Below are positions 18,499 through 27,335 of a stretch of 53,893 bases of DNA, piece by piece; within the stretch, counting starts at the first letter, position 1; every line of letters begins with the position of its first letter. Both the position numbers and the translations under genes were made by a program. Origin of the DNA: an uncultured Candidatus Bathyarchaeia archaeon (GTDB taxonomy: Archaea > Thermoproteota > Bathyarchaeia > 40CM-2-53-6); contig CAZRNA010000005.1 of the NCBI GenBank assembly GCA_964601325.1, positions 1-53,893 on the forward strand. The letters run 5' to 3'. The notes beneath the pieces were generated by a model that saw only the letters and a program-made list of their open reading frames with translations, made no database searches and had not been told where the DNA came from.

Positions 18499-18584
18499 GG
18501 GCATAACAAATCTCTACTTCGTTATCCCCCACCTACCTCGATGAGGGGTACAATGATTCTCAGCCTAGATTTCGTGAAAGTCTG

Positions 18585-18640
18585 TTTTTCGTCGTCGTCG
18601 CGCGCCAAGAGACAGCGCGCGCCAAGAGACCCGACGACGA
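18585..18640 (+). repeat. repeat cluster 8: hairpin variant with internal 15-bp duplication
   Basis: TTTTTCGTCGTCGT-CGCGCGCCAAGAGAC-AG-CGCGCGCCAAGAGAC-CCGACGACGA; the core matches the family tail CGCRCCAWGAGACCC. Confidence 0.7.
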
Positions 18641-18752
18641 TGCAGTCGTCTGTTCGTCATTTTTTGAAGCGACTAGATCCAGGCGTGACGCGGACGACGA
18701 AACTCGTATCTACCGAGTTGGTGCAAGAGCTCAGCGGAATGGGTGTTCTGTT

Positions 18753-20798
18753 CTGCGCCCTAGAACTGTCATCGCATGCGCCCTCTTCGTCTCTCTTGCC
18801 TTGGTAATGCCAAGGGCTGCGTCTGCAAGCGACTCGGGACCTACTATCGACTTCTATGTAGCAAAGTTCGTTGTCACTACAACTTCTGACTGGACGTCTG
18901 TTCGGGTTGCAACCGGGGCGGTAGCTGCAACCGTGAAACTCGAAATCACCAAGGGGAAGGAGGCGCCCGCTCTGAATTTCGGGAGTGACCCTGGGCGAGA
19001 TACGATTGTGAGTATTATCAAGAAGCCATATGATACAACACTCGTTCAGATTGAAGTTTTGGCAACTCTCACGAATCTACGAAACGACACCGACCTAGTT
19101 GGAGTGATCGAGAAAGGCGCTGTGGGCCATACTCTAGTAGCTGTGTTCAATCAAAATCGGGAGAATGCCGTGGCAATCTCGAGTTTCAATGATGTGATCG
19201 GTTCAAGTGAGCGAAATGCATATCGTTTCTCGATTCGCACCGCGGATCTCATGGCAGGCGGCCCACACTCTGTGCCCACGCACTCCAGTCCGAAACTGGT
19301 CTTGGCATTCTACTATCCATGGTACAGCTTCTCAGATTGGGCGCCTCCAGAAATGAATGATCTCCCACTGTTGGGCGCTTACTCGTCGGATCAGGATGCG
19401 ACGATCATCAAGCACATCAATCTCGCCAAGTCAGCTGGCATAGACGGATTCATTGTCTCTTGGTGGGGCCAATCCTCGGACACTGACGGTACTTTTAGGC
19501 GGATTCTTGCAAGGGCAGAGGAGCTGCACTTTCTTGTTACGATCTATCACGAGTATTCGGATGATCACCGAAGGACTCGTTCGTCGTACTTTGATGACAT
19601 TACATATCTGCTCGACAACTACGCAAGAAGTCCAAATTTCTTGAAGCTCGATGGTAAGCCGGTAATATTCACATACACTGCCGATGCACTGTCGGTTGAG
19701 GATTATGAGAGCGTCAGATCAGACTTGGAGCAGCATGGCTACGATTTCGTGAACATAGGGGACACCCTAGACACAAAGTACCTCAGCGTCTTTGATGGTC
19801 TTCACACGTATGCGACCAATCTTGGCGACGCGGATCTCTCGTCCGCGTACAGGTCAGTCTCTCTAGCCGCGAAGTCGTTCTCGATCGTGAACAATGGTGC
19901 AGGCCGGAAGATCTGGGCTGCAACTATCTGCCCTGGGTGGGACCTACGCTTCCTTCCTTCGGGTGGACCGGACCTTTTTCAACTGAGAGGTGAGGCTGAA
20001 TACTTCAATGGCACCTTCAAGGTTGCGATGGCAAGTGATCCTGATTGGGTGCTCATTACTAGCTTCAATGAGTGGTGGGAGAATACAGAGATCGAACCAA
20101 GCAAGACCTACGGTTACAGATACATCGACGTGACGACGAACTATGATTCTGAGTTCAAGCAGACCAGATATCTTCCCTTGCTGCAGGTCTCCACGGCAGT
20201 CACTGTGGAAGGCCTCACGGCTAAGCTGCATGTGACGATGGCGAACATTGGAAACGGCTCAGCCATCAACGTGAACGCACGAGACGCCATATCGATCGGG
20301 GGAGAGAACACAAGCAGAGTAATTGATAGGCTACTCCCGAACGAAGGGATCAACTACACTGTCGAGTTCAGCATCTCTTCCGACCAAGCGACACTGCGCG
20401 TCCCACAGGGTGAAGTCAGGCTCAAGGATGCCTACGGCCTCGCTTATGCAAAAGCAACAGACCTGATTCTCAAACATCGACTCTCTGTAGCATCACCTCA
20501 TGGCTTGGCTTCTGGCAGCGGATGGTATGACGCAGACACGGTTGCAGCCTTCTCGGTTTCGCCAACTTCCATCCGGGTTGAAGGAGTCTTAGGGATGTTG
20601 GGGGCGAGTTACGTGTTCGAGAGATGGTCCAACAACCAGTCAAACACATCACCAGACTCTACATTGGTCATGGACGGACCGAAAGCCGTCACCGCACAGT
20701 GGAGAACTGATTACACTTCGCTATACATCATCATGGGAGCAATAGCGGCCATGACTGTTGCTGCCGTCTACATGAGACGCAAGAGTCGGAGAACGTGA
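18753..20798 (+). CDS. cell-surface GH99-like glycoside hydrolase with C-terminal beta domains and TM anchor
   Basis: LAFYYPWY, GAYSSD, AGIDGFIVSWWG, LITSFNEWWENTEIEPS; C-terminal TM plus basic tail. Frame open upstream of TTG 18801 with a signal-peptide-like stretch starting at CTG 18753 (start uncertain). Confidence 0.85.
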   Translation: MRPRTVIACALFVSLALVMPRAASASDSGPTIDFYVAKFVVTTTSDWTSVRVATGAVAATVKLEITKGKEAPALNFGSDPGRDTIVSIIKKPYDTTLVQIEVLATLTNLRNDTDLVGVIEKGAVGHTLVAVFNQNRENAVAISSFNDVIGSSERNAYRFSIRTADLMAGGPHSVPTHSSPKLVLAFYYPWYSFSDWAPPEMNDLPLLGAYSSDQDATIIKHINLAKSAGIDGFIVSWWGQSSDTDGTFRRILARAEELHFLVTIYHEYSDDHRRTRSSYFDDITYLLDNYARSPNFLKLDGKPVIFTYTADALSVEDYESVRSDLEQHGYDFVNIGDTLDTKYLSVFDGLHTYATNLGDADLSSAYRSVSLAAKSFSIVNNGAGRKIWAATICPGWDLRFLPSGGPDLFQLRGEAEYFNGTFKVAMASDPDWVLITSFNEWWENTEIEPSKTYGYRYIDVTTNYDSEFKQTRYLPLLQVSTAVTVEGLTAKLHVTMANIGNGSAINVNARDAISIGGENTSRVIDRLLPNEGINYTVEFSISSDQATLRVPQGEVRLKDAYGLAYAKATDLILKHRLSVASPHGLASGSGWYDADTVAAFSVSPTSIRVEGVLGMLGASYVFERWSNNQSNTSPDSTLVMDGPKAVTAQWRTDYTSLYIIMGAIAAMTVAAVYMRRKSRRT

Positions 20799-20827
20799 TT
20801 CATAGCAGCCAATTGGCTAGAGTCTTC

Positions 20828-21880
20828 CTAGACTATTTCGCATGTGACTGGTCTGTGGTCGCTTGGCCTGTCGTCGCGGATGTGGTCCGGGTCAGTGCCA
20901 ACGTGGTTTCCCCATGCTTTGTGTTCCACTTTTCCTGAGCCTTTCTGGTACGTGAGTTCAGCCGTGCCGAGGAACATTCCTGGCGCCATCAGGATGTGGT
21001 CGATCAGTTCTCGCTTCTTCTTTCCACCCTCTTCTTTGTCCTCGTATTCGAGGCTGTAGGCGTCTGTTTGTAGGTTCTCGAGGACATGGTAGACGTTCAG
21101 GTCTGGGTTCAGCAATGTGCCTTGGATGACGTCGACAAGGTTTTGGAGCATGAACTCGGCTTCGAACCTATCCCTACCCGGGCCGTCGTTCATGTCGCCC
21201 ATCACCACAATTGATCGCGTCATCTCCTCTGTCAAAGCGTCGTCCAAGTAGTCTCTCACTTTCTTCATTTCAGAAGTGATCTCCTGTCGTGCGAGGATAG
21301 ATTTCTCATAGTACTCCTTCGTCTCGCTCTGTTTCAAGCCCGTGAATTTTGATTTGATATGAAGGAGTACGATGGTAAGCTTACGCGTATCGATCTGTAA
21401 TTCGGCGACTAGTGGTTCCCGGAAAAACGTGTGCGCTTTAGCTTCCGTTGGCATGTATGCGCCCCAGGGATAGAACTTCCACCGCTTAACCATCTCCTCG
21501 TAGCGTGGTTCATCATATAGGGTTCTAACCGAAGTTGCTGTGCCTCGTTTCACGAGGAGGTATTGTCGTTGGCTGCGCTCGCTGGGGCTCGCCACAACAT
21601 CATAGATCGGATTTCCAGATTGATCCTTCAGGTACTCCTGAACGAACTTCTCCATCTGCGACGGAAGCTTAGGCCCCTCCACAATACCCAAGATGTCAGG
21701 GTCGACCTCACGGATGGTTCCCTGAATTCTTGAACAGAGCGCGGCCACGTCCTTGATTGCCGGACCCGTATACTTGCCCTGCTTGTGGGAGGTCTTGAAG
21801 GGCGGCTCGTCAGGATAGAAAAGGTCGTTCATCCACTCAATATTGAAAGTTGTAATCCTCAAACCCACTGGTCCTATCAC
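20828..21880 (-). CDS. endonuclease/exonuclease/phosphatase (EEP) family protein
   Basis: TFNIEWM, DILGIVEG, H.KSK, MGDMND, IDHIL, SDHRPV. Confidence 0.92.
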   Translation of the reverse strand: MIGPVGLRITTFNIEWMNDLFYPDEPPFKTSHKQGKYTGPAIKDVAALCSRIQGTIREVDPDILGIVEGPKLPSQMEKFVQEYLKDQSGNPIYDVVASPSERSQRQYLLVKRGTATSVRTLYDEPRYEEMVKRWKFYPWGAYMPTEAKAHTFFREPLVAELQIDTRKLTIVLLHIKSKFTGLKQSETKEYYEKSILARQEITSEMKKVRDYLDDALTEEMTRSIVVMGDMNDGPGRDRFEAEFMLQNLVDVIQGTLLNPDLNVYHVLENLQTDAYSLEYEDKEEGGKKKRELIDHILMAPGMFLGTAELTYQKGSGKVEHKAWGNHVGTDPDHIRDDRPSDHRPVTCEIV

Positions 21881-22176
21881 CTCTCTTGCTCATGGGGATT
21901 CGTCATCACGTTCCCGTCGCTCCTGTATGCAGAGAAAGCAGCGTGCTCCAAACAGGCAGTCAGTGAATCGCAGAAAGCCACTGATTAATCCGCTTGTGTG
22001 AGGATTTCAGACTTTCTATTGGTACGTCTCGTTCAGAACCACCGAAAGGTAATACTGAAAGGTATCACAGAAAAGCGGCCCAAAATACAGTCCACGCACC
22101 ACGAGTGGAACACAAAGTGACCGTCGGTTCTAAGTAACCTCTGCGTATGATTTCTGGCGTCGGTTGTGGCTGGGGA

Positions 22177-23217
22177 ATGGGGGAACGAATGAAGGCCGCT
22201 AGGATGCATCGGGTAGGAGAGAAGCTGAAGATAGACAGTGTAGAAGTACCAGAAGTTGGATCGAATGATGTGCTAGTCGACATCAAGGCCAGCGGCATAT
22301 GCCATTCGGACTTGAACTATCGCGACGGCGTGAGCCCGGTCAGCAAACTGCCGCTAATCCTGGGACATGAGATCGCCGGACTCGTATCTAAGACAGGAGA
22401 ACGCGTGAAGGGAATAGAGGAAGGCGACCGAGTATGTGTACACTACATAAGAAGTTGTGGAAACTGCTCATACTGTAAAGCTGACCGAGAGAACTTCTGT
22501 GAGGAATATCAGATGATAGGAAAGGACGTTGATGGGGGATTTGCGGAATACATAGCGGTTCCAGCATCCAACGTCTTGAAACTGCCCGGCGCCCTTCCAT
22601 TTGAGCAAGCATGCATACTTGGATGCGCAGTCTCAACAACCTATCACGCCCTGAAGCGAGGCAGAATCCGTGCGGGAGACACTGTTGTAGTCTATGGTGT
22701 GGGCGGGCTTGGCGCACAAGCGATACAACTTGCTAAGATATTCAATGCAGGGAAGGTCGTTGCCGTCGACACGTCTGAGGAGAAGCTGAAGCTAGCAAGG
22801 AAGCTCGGAGCCGACGAGCTCGTGAATGCTGCGGTTGAGGATCCGGCTCAACGGATAGAATCGATGACGGAAGGGAAGCTTGCCGACCTTGTGCTGGACT
22901 TTGTGGGTGCCGCGAAAGTTGTGGAACAGGAGATCCGTTGCGTTGGGAAAGGTGGGAGAATGGTGCTTGTCGGTATAGGTCAACATGACATCAGGATATC
23001 TCCATACAAGAGTATCATTGGCAAAGAGATGGAACTCATAGGCGTAAACGACCATCTCAGATCCGAACTAGTCCAACTGATTGACATCGTCGGATCCGGG
23101 ATGATGGATCTCTCAGCATCAATCACACATCGAGTGCCCCTGGATGAAGTGAACACTGGACTCAAGATTCTTGAAGAGAGAATTGGAAATCCCATCAGGG
23201 TCGTCGTCGTGAAATAG
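22177..23217 (+). CDS. zinc-dependent (MDR) alcohol dehydrogenase
   Basis: GICHSD, GHEIAG, CGNCSYC...C structural zinc site, GVGGLG; start at ATG 22177 or 22189. Confidence 0.95.
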   Translation: MGERMKAARMHRVGEKLKIDSVEVPEVGSNDVLVDIKASGICHSDLNYRDGVSPVSKLPLILGHEIAGLVSKTGERVKGIEEGDRVCVHYIRSCGNCSYCKADRENFCEEYQMIGKDVDGGFAEYIAVPASNVLKLPGALPFEQACILGCAVSTTYHALKRGRIRAGDTVVVYGVGGLGAQAIQLAKIFNAGKVVAVDTSEEKLKLARKLGADELVNAAVEDPAQRIESMTEGKLADLVLDFVGAAKVVEQEIRCVGKGGRMVLVGIGQHDIRISPYKSIIGKEMELIGVNDHLRSELVQLIDIVGSGMMDLSASITHRVPLDEVNTGLKILEERIGNPIRVVVVK

Positions 23218-23275
23218 CACAGCGTGGGCTCACGTACACGGGAATCTGGTTTCGGATAGAGCTATCTTCCCTGAC

Positions 23276-23902
23276 ATGCACGTTAGTTGGTTGGGGGAGT
23301 CAAGGTTGTCAAGGAATGTTACGTGGCCCATACTTTCAGTTGCAGGCGTCGCGGTCATCATCTTCTACTGCGTCTTCACGTTTACCTCGATCGCTTTGTT
23401 TCCGACCGCATTCAGTCCCATCGACAACTGGTTGAGCGACCTGGGCAACTCAAGTTTCAGCCCACGTGGCGCCATATTCTACAATGTCGGTTGCATCCTT
23501 ACGGGCTTGGCGTTGATGCCGTTCTTTGCCGGACTGTACAAGTGGTACACGAACGAGAGGCTTCGAAAGGTCATGATAATGGTCACGCAAGCGGCTGGGC
23601 TCTTCTCGGGGTTCGCATTGATCATGATCGGCGTCTTCTCGGAAGACTCCGTTGCACAACACGTGTTCTGGTCAGACGTCTTCTTCGCCTTCAACCTCAT
23701 CGTCCTGGTCTTGGCGAACGTTTCGCTGATGACACACCCGAAATTCCTGAGACCGATCGCGTACTATGGCTTCATAGTGGCGCTGATCAACCTGCTCTTC
23801 GTCGTCGCCAGTAACACGCCAGTGCTCGAATGGTTTACTGTCTTCACGGCGCTAGGCTACGTCGCGTTGCTCTCGTACAACACGCTTAGGCTCCGGGCAT
23901 AG
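23276..23902 (+). CDS. DUF998-like membrane protein
   Basis: FSP..NWLSDLGN, .YN.G.I..G, L.MIGVFSED...H; 6 TM. Confidence 0.8.
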   Translation: MHVSWLGESRLSRNVTWPILSVAGVAVIIFYCVFTFTSIALFPTAFSPIDNWLSDLGNSSFSPRGAIFYNVGCILTGLALMPFFAGLYKWYTNERLRKVMIMVTQAAGLFSGFALIMIGVFSEDSVAQHVFWSDVFFAFNLIVLVLANVSLMTHPKFLRPIAYYGFIVALINLLFVVASNTPVLEWFTVFTALGYVALLSYNTLRLRA

Positions 23903-24015
23903 TTCACATCATCCGCGTGGGGATTGACACAGCAGCTCAATCCTAGCAGGAAGCAAGCCTGCAAGAGAAAGGTGACAGGAAGAGGCAGCGTCCTCGCCGC
24001 CTGATGATTAGATAC

Positions 24016-24031
24016 AAGAAAAAAAGGAAAG
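24016..24031 (-). terminator. oligo-T archaeal terminator candidate
   Basis: Minus strand reads TTTCCTTTTTTTCTTG about 30 nt after the stop at 24062. Confidence 0.5.
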
Positions 24032-24061
24032 GGTGGGTGTTGGTTTGTTGTGGTGTTTGGT

Positions 24062-24211
24062 TTAGGTCTGCTTGTACTCGTTGATCCAGCTCTTGCCTTT
24101 GTCAACGAGAGACTTTCTGGTTGCGTCGTTGCCTATGACTGCGCCTAGGGCTACTCCCACGCCGAGTGCGAGTGCGCTAAGGGCGATATCCTTCTTCGAG
24201 TCGCCATTCAT
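24062..24211 (-). CDS. small single-TM protein (49 aa)
   Basis: MNGDSKKDIALSALALGVGVALGAVIGNDATRKSLVDKGKSWINEYKQT; GGAGGG SD; T-rich tract downstream. Confidence 0.7.
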   Translation of the reverse strand: MNGDSKKDIALSALALGVGVALGAVIGNDATRKSLVDKGKSWINEYKQT

Positions 24212-24487
24212 TGTTTCTTTTTCCCTCCTGCATCGGTGACTGAGTACGGTACAATGGTGTACCACAATAAGAACATTATTATGCCACCCGTAAGCATCGT
24301 CACGTGCAAACCACCAGAGCAACTAACCCTAGTCTTGCATCAAGGGCGAGTAGGTCTTCGGTTTGTAGCCCACATCAACGTGGTAATCGTCAGCCGGACC
24401 AGCCCGTTTCCCATGGTACCCCGCGCACATGCGGTGTACATGCCAATCTGGCGAAAAGCAGCGAAGACATGTCATGCCAATTGGGAC

Positions 24488-25378
24488 TCAGCGGACCATT
24501 TTCCTAGCCAACGCTATCGCACCTAAGACTCCGGCCCGACCGCCTAAGGCTGCCGGGACAATATACTGGTCGATTTGCTCCAGAATCGCCGGTACTTGTA
24601 TGTACCCGTTCAATAGTTGCTGAACGTTATGTCGTACCATCTGAAAGAGTCCGGTCTGCTGCATGACCCCGCCGCCTAGAATGATTCGCTGCGGCGAAAG
24701 CGTGCAAATCAAGTTCGCCAGCCCCAAGGCGAGATAGTGTGCCTCCAATCTCCACGCCGCATGATCGGGAGGCAGTTCCTCAGCGCGACGACCCCATCGT
24801 CCAAGCAACGCCGGTCCTGCCGCTAAGCCTTCGAGGCAATCGCCGTGGAATGGACACGCGCCCGGGTAGGGATCCTTGGTCAAGTCATGTGGGACTCGGA
24901 GGTGACCCATCTCCGCGTGTAGAAGCCCATGTAACAGTTGGCCGTTGACCATTCCTCCTCCACCGATGCCTGTGCCGACGGTTAGGTACACGAAAGTTTC
25001 CAGCCCCTTGGCCGCTCCCCATGTTGCTTCGCCTAGGGCTGCGGCGTTCACGTCGGTGTCAAACCCGACCGGCACATGCAAGGCTCGATTGATCCGCCCG
25101 AGGAATTCTGTGTTAGCCCAGCCTGGTTTCGGTGTGGCAGTGATGTAGCCGAACTTCGGCGACTTGGGATTCAAGTCGACAGGTCCAAAGGAGCCAACGC
25201 CGACCGCCGACAGCGGTTCTCTCCCTCGATATTGTTGGAAGAAGGCCATTGTCCGGTCGATGGTCTCTTGAGGTGTTGTGGTGGCGAATGATGTTTCAGC
25301 CTCGAGGCTACCAGGGCTGTAACCTATTGCGCATACGAATCTTGTCCCGCCGGCTTCAACGCCTCCATAGACCGACAT
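24488..25378 (-). CDS. ROK-family sugar kinase (fructokinase-like)
   Basis: [52 protein letters not shown]. Confidence 0.95.
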   Translation of the reverse strand: MSVYGGVEAGGTRFVCAIGYSPGSLEAETSFATTTPQETIDRTMAFFQQYRGREPLSAVGVGSFGPVDLNPKSPKFGYITATPKPGWANTEFLGRINRALHVPVGFDTDVNAAALGEATWGAAKGLETFVYLTVGTGIGGGGMVNGQLLHGLLHAEMGHLRVPHDLTKDPYPGACPFHGDCLEGLAAGPALLGRWGRRAEELPPDHAAWRLEAHYLALGLANLICTLSPQRIILGGGVMQQTGLFQMVRHNVQQLLNGYIQVPAILEQIDQYIVPAALGGRAGVLGAIALARKMVR

Positions 25379-25496
25379 TCTGCTCTCCTCCTCGAAGCAT
25401 CACAAGAGACAACCGACGATGGCCTATTCTTTGGTCTCTTCATCAAATATGCTAATAGGGATACACTGCGAACCGGCTGGAGTGTGACGGTAGGCC

Positions 25497-26105
25497 GTGG
25501 CGTCGGATATCGTTCAGAAAACGTTTGCGGAATGGACCAAGGACCTAAGCGGTAGGAATGCCCGGGTCAGTATCTTTGACCACATACGTGACATTCCCTA
25601 TGCTGTGATTCCTGAGATCAGCAACCCTGTGGACGGGCCGCAGGGGGTCCTGAAGGGGATGAAGGGTTCTTGCACGCCGAAACACTTCCTTCTGGGCCGC
25701 ATGTTCGAGATGCTCCAGGTTCCGATCAAATACGTGACCTATCCATTTTCGTGGAACGCCGAGTCTGTGGCGTATCTTCCGGAACTGAGGAAGTTGGCGG
25801 AAGTTGTCCCTGTTGACTATCACTTGGCATGTAAGGCGAGAATCGAAAACAAATGGGTGGTTATCGACGCCACGTGGGATCGCCCGCTCGCCCGTGTAGG
25901 ATTTCCGATCAATGAAAGCTGGGACGGTGTCAGCGACACGAAACTCGCTGTCGAATCTCTTGACGAAATAGTCCACCAGAGCGTTCAGGAGCGAGTGAAT
26001 TTCGTACAGGTCCGCAAGGCTTCATGGACTCCTGACGACAACGCTTGGAGGAGCCATTTCATCGACGCGCTTAACAAGTGGCTGGAAGACGTGAGAAGAA
26101 ACTGA
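25497..26105 (+). CDS. transglutaminase-like (Cys-His-Asp) protein
   Basis: GSCTPKH, YHLAC, WVVIDATWD. Confidence 0.75.
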   Translation: MASDIVQKTFAEWTKDLSGRNARVSIFDHIRDIPYAVIPEISNPVDGPQGVLKGMKGSCTPKHFLLGRMFEMLQVPIKYVTYPFSWNAESVAYLPELRKLAEVVPVDYHLACKARIENKWVVIDATWDRPLARVGFPINESWDGVSDTKLAVESLDEIVHQSVQERVNFVQVRKASWTPDDNAWRSHFIDALNKWLEDVRRN

Positions 26106-26159
26106 AGTTCGCCGTTCCAGTTTGACGGTGATATTCACCCGTTTTGCTATGGGCAATCG

Positions 26160-27143
26160 TTAGTAGCGGGCATGTACCTCAGGTCGTATCAGTCGATCGT
26201 AGATTGTTTGAACCTTGCTCATAGTCTCGGTGCTCAGCGGTGGGAGAACGGCAGCCTTCACATTCTCATCGACTTGTCCAGGTCGCTTTGCTCCGGGGAT
26301 CGCGCACGTGACCGAATCGAACATGAGGATCCAGCGTAGCGCGATCTGAGCGAGCGTTGCGCCTTGCGGGACGATGGTTTTCAGCTCCTCGACTGCTTTC
26401 AGTCCCGTCTCCAAATTGACGCCTGAGAATGTTTCTCCCACGTCGAACGCTTGGCCCTGGCGGTTGAAGTTTCGGTGATCGTCCTCTGGAAACTTCGTTT
26501 GCGCGGTTATCTTGCCTGCAAGGAGACCGCTTGCCAATGGAACACGGACTATTACTCCAACTTTCCGCTCCTTTGCTGTGGGAAAGAATTCTGTGGCGGG
26601 CTTCAATCGGAACATGTTGAAGATGATTTGCACGCTCTGGAGGTCCGCGTATTCTGTGGCCTTGAGCGCCTCGGCGACCTTCTCGACACTAACTCCATAG
26701 TATCGTATCTTGCCTTTGTGTTTCAGTTCATCAAGCGCCTTGAAAACTTCAGGTCGATGGTAGACCTCGGTGGGCGGGCAGTGCAACTGCAGCAAGTCAA
26801 TGCAGTCTACGCCCAAGTTTCTGAGACTTCGATCCACAAAAGCCTCAAGGTTGGTTCGGTTATATCCGTCGGCGGTGTGAGGTGAGAGTCTTCTGCCGGC
26901 TTTTGTGGCAACGAAGATCTCTTCCTTGCGCTCGTTGAGCAGCCTTGCGATCAGTTGCTCGCTTCGTCCGTCGCCGTAAACGTCGGCCGTGTCAATGAAA
27001 TTCACTCCGAGGTCGACGGCACGATTCAGCGCTGCGTAGGACTCCTCATCTTTGACAGGTCCCCAGCTGCCGCCGATTGCCCAAGCGCCAAAGCTGACCT
27101 CGGAGACACGCATGTCAGTCCTGCCAAGCTGACGGTAATTCAT
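26160..27143 (-). CDS. aldo/keto reductase
   Basis: GVNFIDTADVYGDGRSE, ATKAG, IDLLQLH, PLASGLL, IPGAK. Confidence 0.95.
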   Translation of the reverse strand: MNYRQLGRTDMRVSEVSFGAWAIGGSWGPVKDEESYAALNRAVDLGVNFIDTADVYGDGRSEQLIARLLNERKEEIFVATKAGRRLSPHTADGYNRTNLEAFVDRSLRNLGVDCIDLLQLHCPPTEVYHRPEVFKALDELKHKGKIRYYGVSVEKVAEALKATEYADLQSVQIIFNMFRLKPATEFFPTAKERKVGVIVRVPLASGLLAGKITAQTKFPEDDHRNFNRQGQAFDVGETFSGVNLETGLKAVEELKTIVPQGATLAQIALRWILMFDSVTCAIPGAKRPGQVDENVKAAVLPPLSTETMSKVQTIYDRLIRPEVHARY

Positions 27144-27335
27144 ACACCCAAAACCCGCGGAAAGGAGAGATCTTGAGGCTATTAAGCGATTAAGGTTGAC
27201 ATTTCGGACCTTACGCTCGCGTCAATAACTCACAGTCTTCACAAGGGGAACTCACGGACCGTAACGCTTCGGGAGAAGCGTGGATAGCGGCATCGTAACT
27301 GGGATGTCGCCTCTCGCGTGCTGTTGGAGAGCCGC

